Source: Eledone cirrhosa
Taxonomy: Eukaryota
Direction of reading: 5' to 3'
Assembly (NCBI GenBank): GCA_964016885.1
Contig: OZ024752.1
Coordinates: forward strand, 62,001-126,000
DNA length: 64,000 nucleotides
Part shown: in pieces, positions 41,881 to 56,326 of the stretch
Position numbering within the stretch: position 1 is the first letter of the stretch
Layout of the letters: each line of letters starts with the position of its first letter
The notes under the pieces: generated by a model
Told to the model about the DNA's origin: nothing
Seen by the model: the letters and a program-made list of their open reading frames with translations, nothing else
Databases searched by the model: none
Position numbers and translations under genes: made by a program

Positions 41881-42180
41881 GGCGTTAAGCGATTGAGAAT
41901 ATAAAACTTCCCACTGGACAGGACTCCAGTTCATTGCAGGGTTAAACCTCCAGCTATTGCTGGTTTTCATTTTCAGTTTAGTATACTGGCGTTAATCGAG
42001 TGAGAGTACAAGATTCCCCACTGGACAGGACCCTAGTTCATTGCAGGTTTACACCCCCAGCTATTGCTGGTATTCATTTTCAGTTTAGTATACTAGCATT
42101 AAGCGATTAAAAGTACAAGATTCCTCACTGGACAGGACCCCAGTAGATTTCAGATTTACACCTCCAGCTATTGTTGATAC
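41881..42180. repeat. Tandem triplication of a ~107-bp SINE segment
   Basis: Units start ~41881, 41988 and 42096 (TTAAGCGA..CACTGGACAGGAC..CCAGCTATTG); single-copy relative at 47700-47855. Confidence 0.75.
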
Positions 42181-42899
42181 TGGAACAACGTGATTTGAAG
42201 TGTTTTGCTCAAGAACACAACACACAACTCAGTCTAGAAATTGAACCGACGACATTATGATCGTAAGTCCATCACCCTAGCAAAGTAATTATTTGGTAGA
42301 ATAAGAAGCATGAAAAAATATTCTGCAAGGCTGGTGCTTTGGATTACAGACGCAACCCCTCCAACGTTCTTGCACGTAGATGCCGCTTTCCTGATTTCGC
42401 TCACATGGTTTGGATAAACTCAATATTAAGGTAAAGGCATTTGTCCATGATGGTATGTACTGGGATAGAACCTGGAACTTTATAATTGCGTAGCGAGCTT
42501 CCTAACCACTCAACCATGCTTGCTTCCATATCCATACCTACCTACCTACCTACCTACCTACCTACCTACCTACCTATATACATACATTTACACACACATA
42601 TATACATACATGAATGTATATTCATGCAAATATACACTTAACCGCATACAAACTCATATATATATGAATGTATGTATGTGTATATGAGTGTATATATATA
42701 TATGTATGTGTGCGTGTATGTGTGTGTGTATATATATATATATATAAAGAGAAAGAAAGAGAGAGTGAGGAGAGAGAAGCGTCTCGAATGAGGAAATCGA
42801 AAATGAAAAAGGAAAATGGCTACCGCAGAAGAAACAAAAAACAAAATATACATTGAACACAACTTTATTCCGAGGAGAAAGAAAACAAACAATATGTAT

Positions 42900-43595
42900 A
42901 GAGGAAATGGTATATATTTTATCTGGTGATTCTATAGAAATGTTTTATGATATATAGCTCTGATTATTTAATTTATTAACTTTTCATTGAGCCACAAAGT
43001 GACCCGTTGCAAAACACGTATATGTATGTATGTATATATATATATATGTAAACTTTTATATGTAATAATCTCCCATTAGGTTGAGATACAAATTTGGCTG
43101 TATTGTGCTGTGCTTTCTAGCAAAAAGCCACCAGCCGTAAGCAACTACCACACTCTTTCCAACCTGACCGCTGCTACGTCACGATTCTTAGCCATTTTTG
43201 AATGAATTCTTGGCGCGATCACTTTGGAAAATTTAATGTCTGGATCGGAGCAAATCTCCTGATGAGTCTGATGCTCGAGTTCCAAAGTTATTGGAAATCT
43301 CAGAATGCGGACGAAACCATGGTAGAGGTATTTAAATGTATTCTATTTTCTCCTAGTTTATTTTACACCTAATTCTGTTTAATTGACTGTATCTGGGCGA
43401 TTACGCTGTCGAAATATTCGATAAATATTCCGTCGTGGCCGACGCGAAGGGCTGGTTTCGGTTATTTGTTGGAGATTTCTTCATAGAAGCCTTATTCTTA
43501 TAGCCTGGTCTATTCGATTTTTTATATAGTTAATTATGCTAATTGGGAGAGGAAATGGTATATATTTTATTTGGTGATTATATAGACATGTTTTA

Positions 43596-43600
<5 letters not shown>
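42900..43600 (+). mobile_element. Retrozyme/pLTR-like element bounded by ~55-bp direct repeats
   Basis: AGAGGAAATGGTATATATTTTAT.TGGTGATT.TATAGA.ATGTTTTATGATA at 42900-42952 and 43548-43600; internal hammerhead; no ORF. Confidence 0.7.
43252..43333 (+). ncRNA. Type I hammerhead ribozyme with extended stem II
   Basis: AAATCTC-CTGATGA-GTCTG..TTCCAA(AGTTA)TTGGAA..CGGAC-GAAA-CCATGG-T-A-GAGGTATTT; predicted cleavage after GUA at 43324. Confidence 0.85.
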
Positions 43601-43627
<27 letters not shown>

Positions 43628-43629
<2 letters not shown>

Positions 43630-44098
43630 CGAAGGAAATGTGGTAAGGAACCAGATGAACCATAACGCACCAAAGTACTCAATACTTAGGGTAGTAGAGT
43701 GGGTAATAGGAACAAGTAAGACCCCGACGGCAGAGCTCAAGCCGTTTCGACGACTAATTCTGGACTGTGTTCTTTATTGTATATAGTTACAATTCCTGAA
43801 TTAATGATATATGACGGTGGTTGTATTACTGGGAGTGTTGTTGTTGTGGAAGTAGGAGGTTTTTAGTTAGCTGTCGAAACGGCTTGATCTCTGCCGTCGG
43901 GGTCTTACTTGTTCCTATATATATATATATATATATATACATGTCCACGATACAGGCGTACATATAAACCAAAATATATTTTACATCAGCAACAAAATGT
44001 TCCTAAAAACCTCCTACTTCCACAACAACACTCCCAGTAACACAACCACCGTCATATATAATTAATTCAGGAATTGTAACTATATACAATAAAGACAC
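43628..44098. mobile_element. Longest family A copy with two nested inversions
   Basis: 43706-43751 inverted at 43873-43918; 43768-43865 inverted at 44004-44098. Confidence 0.75.
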
Positions 44099-44104
44099 TT
44101 CCAA

Positions 44105-44615
44105 TTCTCATCACACTCTCTTTCTTTCTCCTTAACTATCTCATTATGTCTTTCTCTTTTTCTTTCTTTCTTTCCTTCTCTGTTTCTTTCACTCTCTCTT
44201 TCTATCTTGCTTCATTCTCTCTCTGTCTCTCCCACTCTTTCACTCTCTCTTTATCTATCCGTCTTTCCTCTTTCTCCCTATCCCCCTCTCTGTGTATCTT
44301 TCACTCTTTCATTATCTCTTTCTATCTACCTGTCTTCCTTCTCTCTTTCTCCCCCCCTCTCTCTCTATCTCGCACTCTTTCACTATCACTTTCTATCTAT
44401 CTTGCTTGCTTCTTTCTCTCTCACCGTGTCACTCTCTCTTTCTATCTATCTTTCTTGCTTTTCGCTCTCTCTCTCTCTTTATCATCCTTTCTCTCTTCCT
44501 CTCATCCTCTCATCCTGTCACTCCCTCTCTCTCTCTCTCTCCCATCCATTCTCTCTCCCTTTCTCTCCACTTATCTTACGTTGTCTCTCATTATCCATCT
44601 TCCTTTTCCCACCTG
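44105..44615. repeat. Degenerate (CT)n polypyrimidine tract
   Basis: Directly visible. Confidence 0.85.
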
Positions 44616-44746
44616 CTGCATTAGTTACTTGTCAATATAGAGACAATGGAAGTTATTTGTGGACATTGGCAGATATACACAGCTTATATTTGAGCATATC
44701 TATATGTCTGTCTGGCTGTGTGTGTGTGTGCATATACTTGTGTGAA

Positions 44747-44809
<63 letters not shown>

Positions 44810-45072
44810 ATAATAAGGGTTGACGGACCCAGCATATTTATCAATACCAGTACCGGTTGTATCTCAGAGCACTCAATGGGCAATGTAAGATACATTACCA
44901 GAGTATACACATAGTTATTTGCCTCAACACAACACACGTAAAACGGGTGCCTATAAGGTTCCCGGACTCGAGTTTCTGCAGCACTATATGTATATATATA
45001 TAGTAATAATAATAAATTTGAAGACTAAAATCCAAAGAGGGCTCGATAAGGATAAATATATATCAAATATAT

Positions 45073-45225
45073 AAGAACCGTAGAGCAAATATTTATTAAA
45101 ATAACAGATTAAAGTTTAAGCAAAGAATCGCTGCTTTCACCCTTAACGGGATCTTCTGAAAGATCCCGTTAAGGGCGAAAGCAGCGATTCTTTGCTTAAA
45201 CGTTAATCTGTTATTTTAATAAATA
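45073..45225. mobile_element. Family D fold-back element turning in a hammerhead-like core
   Basis: ~65-bp arms centred on GATCTTCTGAAAGATC (~45150-45165); GAAGA-TCCC(GTTAA)GGG-T/C-GAAA; second copy at 54931-55022. Confidence 0.65.
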
Positions 45226-45245
45226 TATATATATATATATATATA

Positions 45246-45535
45246 AATTAATAAAAATAATGAACAAAAACAAAGAAACAGTTCCTTATATTAAAAAATT
45301 CATCATTTTACGATCGTTTCTAGGATATATATGTGTATGTTGGTATGTATATCATATAGATCTATGTAACATTTTTACAAACTATCAGAGGGAATAAAAA
45401 TTTTACATAGATCTATGTGATATACATAAATTTTACACACATATATATATATATCCTAGAAACGATCGTAAAATGATGAATTTTTTAATATAAGGAACTG
45501 TTTCTTTGTTTTTATTCATTATTTTTATTAATTTA
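45246..45535. mobile_element. Fold-back element with half hammerhead
   Basis: Arms 45246-45330 / 45450-45535; GAAA-CGATCG-T-A palindromic stem III; same GAAACGATCGT on the minus strand at 10544-10554. Confidence 0.65.
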
Positions 45536-45658
45536 TCTTGACTCTGTTTTCCTGTGTTTTTCATCGAAAAAATTTTGAATACATCTCTTTTCATGATATT
45601 TGGATTACATTGAATTCTTCATACGGATTGGACACTACCGTATATTTTGGTAGATTTA

Positions 45659-46751
<1,093 letters not shown>

Positions 46752-47127
46752 CATCCCTTTTTCTTTATACTTCCACTCGTGTAGGACACCTCGGTTATTT
46801 TTCATTTTGTAAAAAAAACCTCACTTTCTAATATATATATATATATATATAAAAGTATATATGTGTGTGCGTGTATGCTTATCATGACAACAACAATAGC
46901 AATAATAATAATAATAATGATTTATTTATTAACCAGAAGGGTTTACATAAAGCAAAGCATTAAGGACCGTACAAATATGGGTTTCTGCGTGTATAGAAAC
47001 AAAACACAATAATAACAATAAATAATGTAGCAAGAAAATGGAAAATAAAAATCCAAACTCAATGGCATAAATACGATTATTGTCATGAACTCAAGAGAAA
47101 TATTGATCTCCAGAGATAGCGTAGAAA

Positions 47128-47297
47128 TAATTGTTTCTACTTTAGGCACAAGGCCAGCAATTAACCAGTACATTACTGGTACTTTATTTTATCGACCCCG
47201 TAAGGATGAAAGGCAAAGTTAACCTCGGCGGGATTTGAACTCAGATCGTAAAGGGACGTAACACTTTACTGATACTGATACTGCCAATCCACCACCC
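47128..47297 (-). mobile_element. SINE with probable target-site duplication
   Basis: Reverse core; TAGCGTAGAAATAAT present on both sides (47117-47131 and 47302-47316). Confidence 0.8.
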
Positions 47298-47319
47298 TAT
47301 GTAGCGTAGAAATAATAAA

Positions 47320-48575
47320 AGGGAGAAGGAAGATGAAATATTCAGAGCCTTATTCTCAGAGGCAGATGTTGACAGGTTATACTTCAACAGAAAAGATGGA
47401 AGATGAGGGCTGACAAGTGTAGAAGACTGTCAGGATATAGATAGGGAGCCTGAGAATGTATGTTACTCATTGATAATGAAGAGGGGATCTTAATAGAAGT
47501 ACGAGGGATAGGGAATGATGTAAGGGGAAATACTGAACCCCTCAAAACTAGAAACCAAAGATATGAGCAGAAAAGCTTACAAGGAAAGTTTTTCCAAAAT
47601 ACTGAAGGGCATCAAGATGAGAAGTCATCCCAGAGACTAAAAAAGACGAAGTCTGAAAAGTGAGTTAAGTTAAAGTCTGTTCTAAACCGAAGGACCACCA
47701 GGCCGGTGTTTATCCCCAGTCTGCTTGGCGTTAAGCGACTGAAAGTACAAAACTCTCCCTGAACAGGACGCCAGTCTATTGTAGGATTAACTCCCCAGTT
47801 ACTGTCGGTACTCACTTTTAACTGAGTGTATTGAAGCAACGTGAAATAAAGTGTTCTAAAATGAGAGACAGAGGGTTTAATATTAGCTGTGCAGGATTAG
47901 GGGCAATCAAAAAAAGATATATCAGAGAGAAGATATCCCGGTTGAATGAAGAATGTGTGGTGAAAGAAAAGAGACAGTGACGTATGTTGCCGTTGAATGT
48001 AAAATGCTTGTTCAAAATCATTACAAGAACTAGAGACATGACAAAGTTGCCACAATCTTACATTGACAATAAATAAAAAGTTTAAATTTAAACATGTGAA
48101 GCATTGTCTGACTACAAACCAGAGCGTGTCTTTGAAGATAACCATGTAAAACACTCAAACGGATAACCAAATGTAGCGTTCACACCCAGATATATTTATA
48201 AAAAATAAAGAGAAAAAGAAGTGTGTTGGCTAATCAATGTTCCTTGCTTATATGATTCTAGTGGTAGATAAAAGTGAGAAAATAGAAAAGTATCAAAACC
48301 TGAATTACGAAATGCAGTGAATTTGGAATTACTGTAAAGTTGTTAGCATTCTAATAGTAATAGGAACTTTAGGGATAGTGGCTAGAAGTTTGAATGGTTG
48401 GTTAAAGATGTTGGCTATAGAGATGAATTTCTTGACTCTACAGAAGGCTTGTTTGCTTGGTAAAGCAAGAACTATACGAAAGGTGATATCCAAGACTGTA
48501 GGAGAAACTTGGATATCTAGCAATAGAAATACCGACAGAATACAACGAAATACTGAGTAAAGAGAAAATAATAAT
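47320..48575 (+). pseudogene. Old R4/Dong-like 3' remnant interrupted by a SINE (~47660-47860)
   Basis: ADVDRLY-like start; LTLQKACLLGKARTIRKVI matches the C-terminus of the intact ORF; short AAT tail. Confidence 0.7.
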
Positions 48576-51095
48576 AATATTTGTTTTTTCTATTGTAAGG
48601 TTTCTCTATTAATCAGTTGGTAGAGGGTGGGGGCGTGTTAATTGGCCCCAGATCAGTCTCTTATCTAATAATAATGGTTTCTGATTTAGGCACAAGGCCA
48701 ACAATTTTAGGAGAGGGGAAAGTCGATTAAATCGACCCCATTACTGGTATTTTATTTTATCGACCCCATAAGGATGAAAGGCAAAGATAACCTCGACGGA
48801 GTGATGCTAGAACTGTGAAATCTTGAATGCATTAATTTCAGTTCTTCGTATTAATAACTGCATTATTTCTTTCCAAGGAGTATGTTTAAAAATATACCTC
48901 ATTTGGTCATTCCATCTTGGTCAGTCTATGAACTTTTCAACCGACCCTCGTAACTTGATTCCAATAAAGTAGCAATACTTTATTGTGTAAAGCGGGGTGG
49001 GATTATTTAAATCGACCATACTAGTTCCCTTCATCGCCAACGACGTCGTCTCTTGCCTTCTGCCTATGTTATAAATCATTATTTATTTAGTAAAAGAATC
49101 AATGTGCGATGCTAAATGATCGGAAAGGGACCTGGGATGTCGGAAAAAGGAAATATTTTAATTTTACAACTGACAGTAAATCAATGGCGATATTGAATTA
49201 CTGTTTTGACGGCATGGTGGTACTAGTGATGGTGGTGGTTGTGGAGGTGATGATGATGGCGGTGGTGATGGTGGTGATGATGGTGGAGGTGGTGGTCGGA
49301 GATCTCTTGAGTTTCAGTTCAATTTAGTTATTTTTATTTCCTACATGAGAATGAAGAGTATATTACTTTAACAGAAGAGACAAAAAAACGTTTAAGTATA
49401 TATATATATATATATATATACGTATATGTGTATACATGTGCATATAATATATACATATATATATATGTGTGTGTATACATATAATATATACATATATATA
49501 TATATGTGTGTGTGTGTATACATATGCATATAATATGTATATATATATATATATACACACATATATGTGTATACATATGCATATAACATATATTTTATAT
49601 ATATATATTATAGACATATGTATACATATATATATGTATATAATATATATATATATATGTATATATGTAAATCTCTCTCTCTCTCTCTCTCTATAATATA
49701 TATATATATATACATACATATATATATATATATATATGCACAACCCCTCCCCATATATATATCATTATGTGTGTGTGTATGTGTGTAGGTGTGTGTAGGT
49801 GTACATTTCGTGTCAGTTTTTAATAACCATATTGTACATTTAAGATAGAATTCCATATTTGGCAAAAAAATATATCCAGTTATTTTTAAATTACCCTGTC
49901 GTCTGCTTCAATCAAATCATCTACGGATCGGACATTTTTGTCATATGGTGTTTAGAATCTTTATGTATTTCATAAAATATTCTACACCATCGTTTGCTGT
50001 GCTAGAAATAGTAACCAAATCAACACCAAAATACCCCTCCCCCCACTGTCTTAAAACAAAGAGAAAGGATACAATGGAAAATGTAGTCCGAGATAAGCAA
50101 ATAGAAGGAAGGGTCATGGCTGGAAAGCTACGACCTGCTAGATATAGCGGCCAAACAATTCTTCAAATTTCACCCTCACAGTCTTAAAAACGAAGTGATT
50201 AGAAGGCTTATTGTTATATAACGGGAGTATGATTATGTAGCTTGACATCAGTCGGTTCTTATGGTGAGTCTCCCAGTTGTTTAAACAGCGGAACCTCCTG
50301 CTCGTGAAATTAACGTGCAAGTGGCTAAGCATTCCACACCCTTAATGTACCCTTAATGTAGTTCTCATGGAGTGACAAAGCTGGTCCTTTGAATTACAAG
50401 TACACTCCATCCGACGAGCTTCCAAACATTTTTGCCTACACGATTTCACTCAAAGTTGGTCCTTTGAAATTACAGATCTTTTACTCATCTTTTCTCAGCT
50501 AATGGGACTGACGTAAAGTGAAATAAAGTGTCTTGCTCAAGGACACAACGCACTGGCGGAAATCGAACTCACGACCTTATGATTGTGAGCTGAACATCCC
50601 TAACTAGTAAGCCATACGCCTTCACAAAGTCTAAGTAAGATTAAATATGTTTTAACCGTACAAACATTATTAACACATATTAAACTACCCTGTTCGCTTT
50701 AACACATGCTATGTTTCTCTGTTGATACAATAACAGTCGCCATTTTAAAGTTCTCCTCGTTGAACTTGTGAAAGTTTATCAGAGATATCAATCACTTCCA
50801 TACAGTTGGAATACCATTTAATATTGAAAACTGATTCAGTCAGTTTACAACCATAGAGTAATGTACAAAAAGGGTGTATATTCTCAAACTCAGCTCTCTT
50901 TTTTTACAGATTAAGATCAGCTTGAATATGCATGGGAAACGCATGTACTTCCGTCTCTCACATCAACTAATATATTTTAGAGCTTCAGATACAGACATAT
51001 ACACACGCACAGATATATACACACACAGACACAGAAAGAGAGAGAGAGAGAGTGAGAGAGAGAGAGAGAGATAGAGAGAGAGTGAGAGTGAGAGT

Positions 51096-51127
<32 letters not shown>

Positions 51128-51475
51128 CATACATACATGTACACATACAGACACATACACACGTACATACATATACACAAGTGCAGACACATACACACGT
51201 ACATACATATACACAAGTGCAGACACATACACACGTACAGACACATACACACGCACAGACACATCCACAGGTATAAATATAAACACAGGCACAGGCACAC
51301 GCACACATACGTACAGACACATACACCCGTATGCGTACATGCATACAGGCACGCTGCATACACATACATATTTGGAAGAAGTCTGATAGTTTGTTGTCTG
51401 CCGCCTAAACGATGAAATGTTGCGAGATACTCTTCACAATACCAGAACTTCTTCTGAATAAATAATTCAAATATA

Positions 51476-52075
51476 TACGAGACACACTCAAGAAGTTTTG
51501 AGACTTTCTTTCCAGCCACTTTTAATTGACCTACCTAACTGTCACTCTAATACATCCTTGGTTATAATAAACTAACATGCCAAATATTTTTTTCCCATGT
51601 TGAAGGTTCAGGCTGCTACAGCACTTTAAACACTACCCGTAATGCACGTATTGAAACAGCTGACTGGTTCCACAATGCAGTCGGGACGTGTGAACGATTT
51701 GCAATGAAGTTTTTTTATCAAGCTCGGTAAAATCACTGCAGAAACCTATGAAAGGATCAAAGCTGCTTATGTGTTGGTCGACAAAATTCGTAAATTTCTG
51801 GACAAAGAGCGCCGTGCATCTCTTCTGGAAATTGTTAAACAATTTGAAGTGGTTAAGGACACATGCGCAGAGTTTGTACAAAGTTTGCTCCCAGGGTGCT
51901 CAATGAAGATCAAAGGCACAGATGCGTTGACGACAGTAAGGAGATGGTCGAGTGAATCGATCGCTTTGAATCCAAGTGTCTTTGAGTCTCTGGTAACCTG
52001 TGACAAGAGCTGGGTCTACTGTTATTATCCAGAGACCAAGAGATAGAGTGGAAACATTCTGACTCTTAGTGGAGG
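51476..52075 (+). pseudogene. Mariner transposase remnant
   Basis: LVTCDKSWVYCYYPETKR resembles the mariner IVTGDETWV..YDPETK motif; TIR-like TACGAGA..TCAAGAAGTTTTGAGAC at 51476. Confidence 0.7.
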
Positions 52076-52237
52076 TCAGATTAGTTGAAAACACACGAAA
52101 AACCTTAACTATTAGCAATTCTATTTAGTTTTATTAGCGGTCAACTTACAAACATACTTCCTTTTTATAAGGACCTAATGATTTTTAAGCGAACTTCTTA
52201 ACCATTCGACAATGCTGCCACTACACCGAGAACATAA

Positions 52238-52291
52238 AATACTAAAGACGAAAAAGCTCACTATAAGTGAGCTTTTTCGTCTTTAGTATTT
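52238..52291. repeat. Perfect short hairpin
   Basis: AATACTAAAGACGAAAAAGCTCACT-ATA-AGTGAGCTTTTTCGTCTTTAGTATT. Confidence 0.8.
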
Positions 52292-53340
52292 TAGCCTAAT
52301 TCAAACTGGAAAACTCTGTGACTGCGTGTGTATGTTCCTATACACACACGCGCACACACACAGACACACAGACACACACATATATATATATATATACATA
52401 CATAAATACATTCCATCTTGAATTATCTTGTTCTGTATATATGTACAAAATAATAGTTGTTTCTCCATTGACATATCCTGTTATATATCGCTTAAACACA
52501 CACACACACATATATACACATACATATATATATATGTATGCGCGTGTGTGTGTACTTATGTTTGTATGTATGTATTTATGTAGGTATTAGTATATGTACG
52601 TATACACACACACACATATATATATAGGTTAGTGTATACACAAACAGAGTGTAGTGTCAGATTAAGGCCAACTAATGCCCTAAGCACAGCGCAACATTGG
52701 CATCACCTTCAACCTTCTATTGTCTAACTGACAAGACATTTTGACACAGTAAGTGCTGAATGTGAAATCTTAGATTAAAATTTTAGATTTCTTCCAGGCT
52801 AACCTCCACGTATATTCGGGCCTTAAAAATATATATCCTGTTTATTAGTTTTATTTATTTAGCACTAAATATCTGTAAAAAATATATTCATTATTTCTAC
52901 GGTAACAGTAAAAAATGCAAATTTTCAGCATTTGATTTATTTACTTCTAAACAGACGGTTATAATTTACCATTTGCACCCCCCCCCCCACACACAGACAC
53001 CCCCACACATATATTAAACTTATGCCAATCTTAATTTAGGGGAGTATAAGTTAAACATTAAAATAAGTTAGTCTCACTCAAATAATCGTTTCACTACCAT
53101 GGTTTCAAAAACAAAAGAAACAATACCAGCCATTTCAAATCTTTGGAATAACCAATATTGGTAGGCAGAGGATCATATGAGTTAAACTAACTGTTTCACT
53201 TATAATCCCCTAAATTGAGATTTTGGTTTAACTTTAATATATAAAATTATCTGAGTGATATTTTATCTGTAAATTTTATCCATCCATTGAGATGTCTAAG
53301 TATTAGAGACAAATAACTTTTTAAATCATATATATATATA

Positions 53341-53528
53341 TAATTGTTTCTACTTTTGGCACAAGGCCAGCAATTGCCCAGTGTATTACTGGTACTTTAT
53401 TTTATCGACCCCGTAAGGATGAAAGCAAAGTTAACCCCGGCTGGATTTGAACTCAGAATGGCAAGGGCCGTAACTCTATGCGTCAAAGCATGGCGTCCGA
53501 CCCTCTACTGATACTGCCAATCCACCGC

Positions 53529-53531
<3 letters not shown>
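53341..53531 (-). mobile_element. Full-length SINE in (TA)n
   Basis: Reverse copy of the dominant family; partial copies also at 48668-48800 and 56033-56101. Confidence 0.85.
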
Positions 53532-53564
<33 letters not shown>

Positions 53565-53568
<4 letters not shown>

Positions 53569-54330
53569 AATTAGTACATCTACTAACAAATATATACAGA
53601 TGCATACCTATGCCAGCAAATATATAGGTTTTGTCTTAGTAACTTTGTGGTTCAATGCATGGGGATGCAGAACAATAATATGAGAGACGTAAAATAAGAA
53701 AATTATAAAAATTATCTTACTTACTAAAATTTCACTCCAACTAATTAGTTTCTGAAAGGGAATAAACATAGTTTCCGAAGAAACGTACGGAGAAGCCTTT
53801 CGTCATCAGGGAAGTCTATTCTCAGCTAAGTTTCCAGGCAATACGTGGACACAGGGAACTTATACAAAAATAATTCAGTCGATGGAAAAAAGCAAAGCGT
53901 GGACTAAGTTCCAAGCCATTGAAAAAAATCACTGCCTACTGCGTCGGTGGAAAATTCAGAAGAATCAATCACGTGACATCGAGGTCAATCAGTGAAGAGT
54001 GGTTTGTTAAGAAGACAGCAGCCGGACTGTTACTATGAACTATAGTAGCAGTTTTGGCCAATTTTGGCTCGACAAAATAATTTGGAGATAATTATAAAGA
54101 ATGAGTACATCTACTAACATATATATACAGATGCATACCTATGCCAGCAAATATATAGGTTTTGTCTTAGTAACTTTGTGGTTCAATGCATGGGGATGCA
54201 GAACAATAATATGAGAGACGTAAAATAAGAAAATTATAAAAATTATCTTACTTACTTCACTGATTGACCTCGATGTCACGTGATTGATTCTTTTGAATTT
54301 GCCACCGACGCAGTGGGCAGTGATTTGGAC
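53565..54330 (-). mobile_element. Penelope-like pLTR with ~160-bp direct repeat and ~70-bp inversion
   Basis: 53565-53724 repeated at 54094-54255; 53926-53997 inverted at 54255-54326; hammerhead inside. Confidence 0.75.
53734..53815 (-). ncRNA. Type I hammerhead ribozyme motif with long stem II insertion
   Basis: Minus strand: ACTTCC-CTGATGA-C-GAAAGG..CCTTTC-A-GAAA-CTAATTAG-T-T-GGAGT; palindromic stem III ACTAATTAGT. Confidence 0.7.
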
Positions 54331-54921
54331 TGAAACCTGTAGGGAAGAATGACCAGGAGAACAGAAATGACGGGCGACAGGAGTATCCAAACCGAGTCGT
54401 ATGTCCCTCAAATGTTCGGCAAACCGGTCCGCCATACGGCGTCCCGTTTGTCCGATATATAAAGACCCGCAAAGGGAACACCGGAGGGCATAGACAACGT
54501 GGGTGGATGTGCAGGTGAAGGAATGGCGGATACGGAAAGACCCGTTAGGGCCTGTAAGAGTGGTGAGGGTGGAAATAAAGGGACAAGTGTTGCAGCGGGA
54601 ACGGGAACAAGGATGAGATGCGGGTGGAGTCTTGGGAGAGGACGAAAAAGAACCAGGAGGTCGTGGAGGTTTCGGGCCCGCTTAAAAGCAGTAATGGGTG
54701 GGTTTGGAAAAAAGCGAGAAGTAACAGGGTCAGAAGAGAAGATACGGAAGGAACAGAGGATATGTCGCCGGAGTGGTAGGGTGCTGGGGTAGTAGGTGAG
54801 AGGGAAAGGAACACGGGTGTTGGATGGCGGGGTGAGGTGAGAGGGCTGTGGTGCGGTCTGTTTCACGAGCGCGGGTGAGAGCAGTTTGGATCAAGGTGGG
54901 GGATATCCATGCTGGATGAAG
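54330..54921 (-). pseudogene. Penelope-like (Neptune-type) linker and GIY-YIG endonuclease fragment
   Basis: FIQHGYP..LIQTALTRARETDR; PCSRSRCNTCPF..FTCTSTHVVYALRCSLCGSLYIGQTGRRMADRFAEHLRDIR..VARHF; frameshifted. Confidence 0.9.
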
Positions 54922-55022
54922 CATATATATAAACCCGTAGAGCAAATATTTATTATAAGAACAGATTAAAGTTTAAGCAAAGAATCGTTGTATAAGGGTG
55001 AAAGCAGCGATTCTTTGCTTAA

Positions 55023-55297
55023 CCAAAGATTAGTATGGTTCGTTGATTACTCAACGAATACATTACAATAGATTAGAAGCACTCAACAAGAGATTTTCTT
55101 GGAGTTTAATATTATTCAAAATGTTAACAAATGAAAAATATTCTCATAATCAAAATCCAAATGTATATTTTATTATACATATTTCAAAGGTACTATGGTA
55201 TTTAAGCACGGTTTCACCATAGTACCTTTGAAATATTTATAATGAAATATATATTTGATTTTGATTATGAGAATATTTTTCATTTGTTAATATTTTG

Positions 55298-55303
<6 letters not shown>
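55023..55303. mobile_element. Fold-back mini-element
   Basis: ~90-bp arms ~55110-55199 / 55216-55305; GCACTCA at 55079-55085. Confidence 0.6.
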
Positions 55304-55353
<50 letters not shown>

Positions 55354-55667
55354 ATATATATTCAACACACCAAAACGTGTTTTTTCTCAACAGCGGTCCT
55401 CCATTTTTTGTAGAGGTCACGTGTCACGACAGCATTGAACTGTTAGAGTTGACGAGACTAGCGTTCTGTGTAGATGTGTTCACATTGAAGACCAAAATGT
55501 TGGGATGGGCAATCCTGTTGAAGGCGCGCTACAACCCCATTACATAATATCTGCTGATATTAGGCAATTATCTGCATATAACACTTTTAATAACGGTTAT
55601 AGACAGAATGTTGCACACAAACGAGATCCGTCCAGGAATTTGATACTGAAGTATCATTAGTAAAACA

Positions 55668-55853
55668 CTGCCAAGCTGTATCGGCCTTAACATTTCCCTT
55701 GGACAACATCGGTGGCATGGAGAAGAGAGACTGCCATGAATGAGCGACTGTTGGTCTTCCACAAACAACCTTGCCCGGACTTGAGTCGCAGAAGGGAAAC
55801 TTTCTAGGCACAAATCCCGAGATCATTCATACCGAAGGGGGTCTTTACTTTAC
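55668..55853 (+). mobile_element. 3' part of a SINE with short TTTAC repeat tail
   Basis: Ends CCGAAGGGGGTCTTTACTTTAC; resembles octopus SINE 3' regions (from memory, unverified). Confidence 0.5.
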
Positions 55854-56156
55854 ATACTGTATGTATACAGTACAAGGGTAACTGAGACTGTAAGTGTGTA
55901 TATAAATTTACACATTGATTATCTAGACATGTAAACATGCCACATTTACGAGGTCTCCATTAAGCCCTATACTCTATATATACACATGCAAATTTATAGC
56001 TAGGCTGCTTAGAGCAGAACTGAATATAAATATAATTGTTTCTACTTTTGGCACCAGGCCAGCAATTATCCCAGTGCATTACTGGTACTTTATTTTATCG
56101 ATAAATATAATAAGTTTATTTCTTTACCAGCAGTACTTAGAGCGACATGACTTGTG

Positions 56157-56188
<32 letters not shown>

Positions 56189-56246
56189 ACCATGCGACTA
56201 CTGTCTAGTGAATAGGATCAGGAAAAGAATAAAACACACACGCACC

Positions 56247-56278
<32 letters not shown>

Positions 56279-56280
56279 CA

Positions 56281-56326
<46 letters not shown>

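Noticed and set aside
55343-55560. Possible DNA transposon remnant (also 9270-9800, 38570-38860, 52640-52830)
   Set aside because: No paired TIRs or translatable motif that I could verify by eye.
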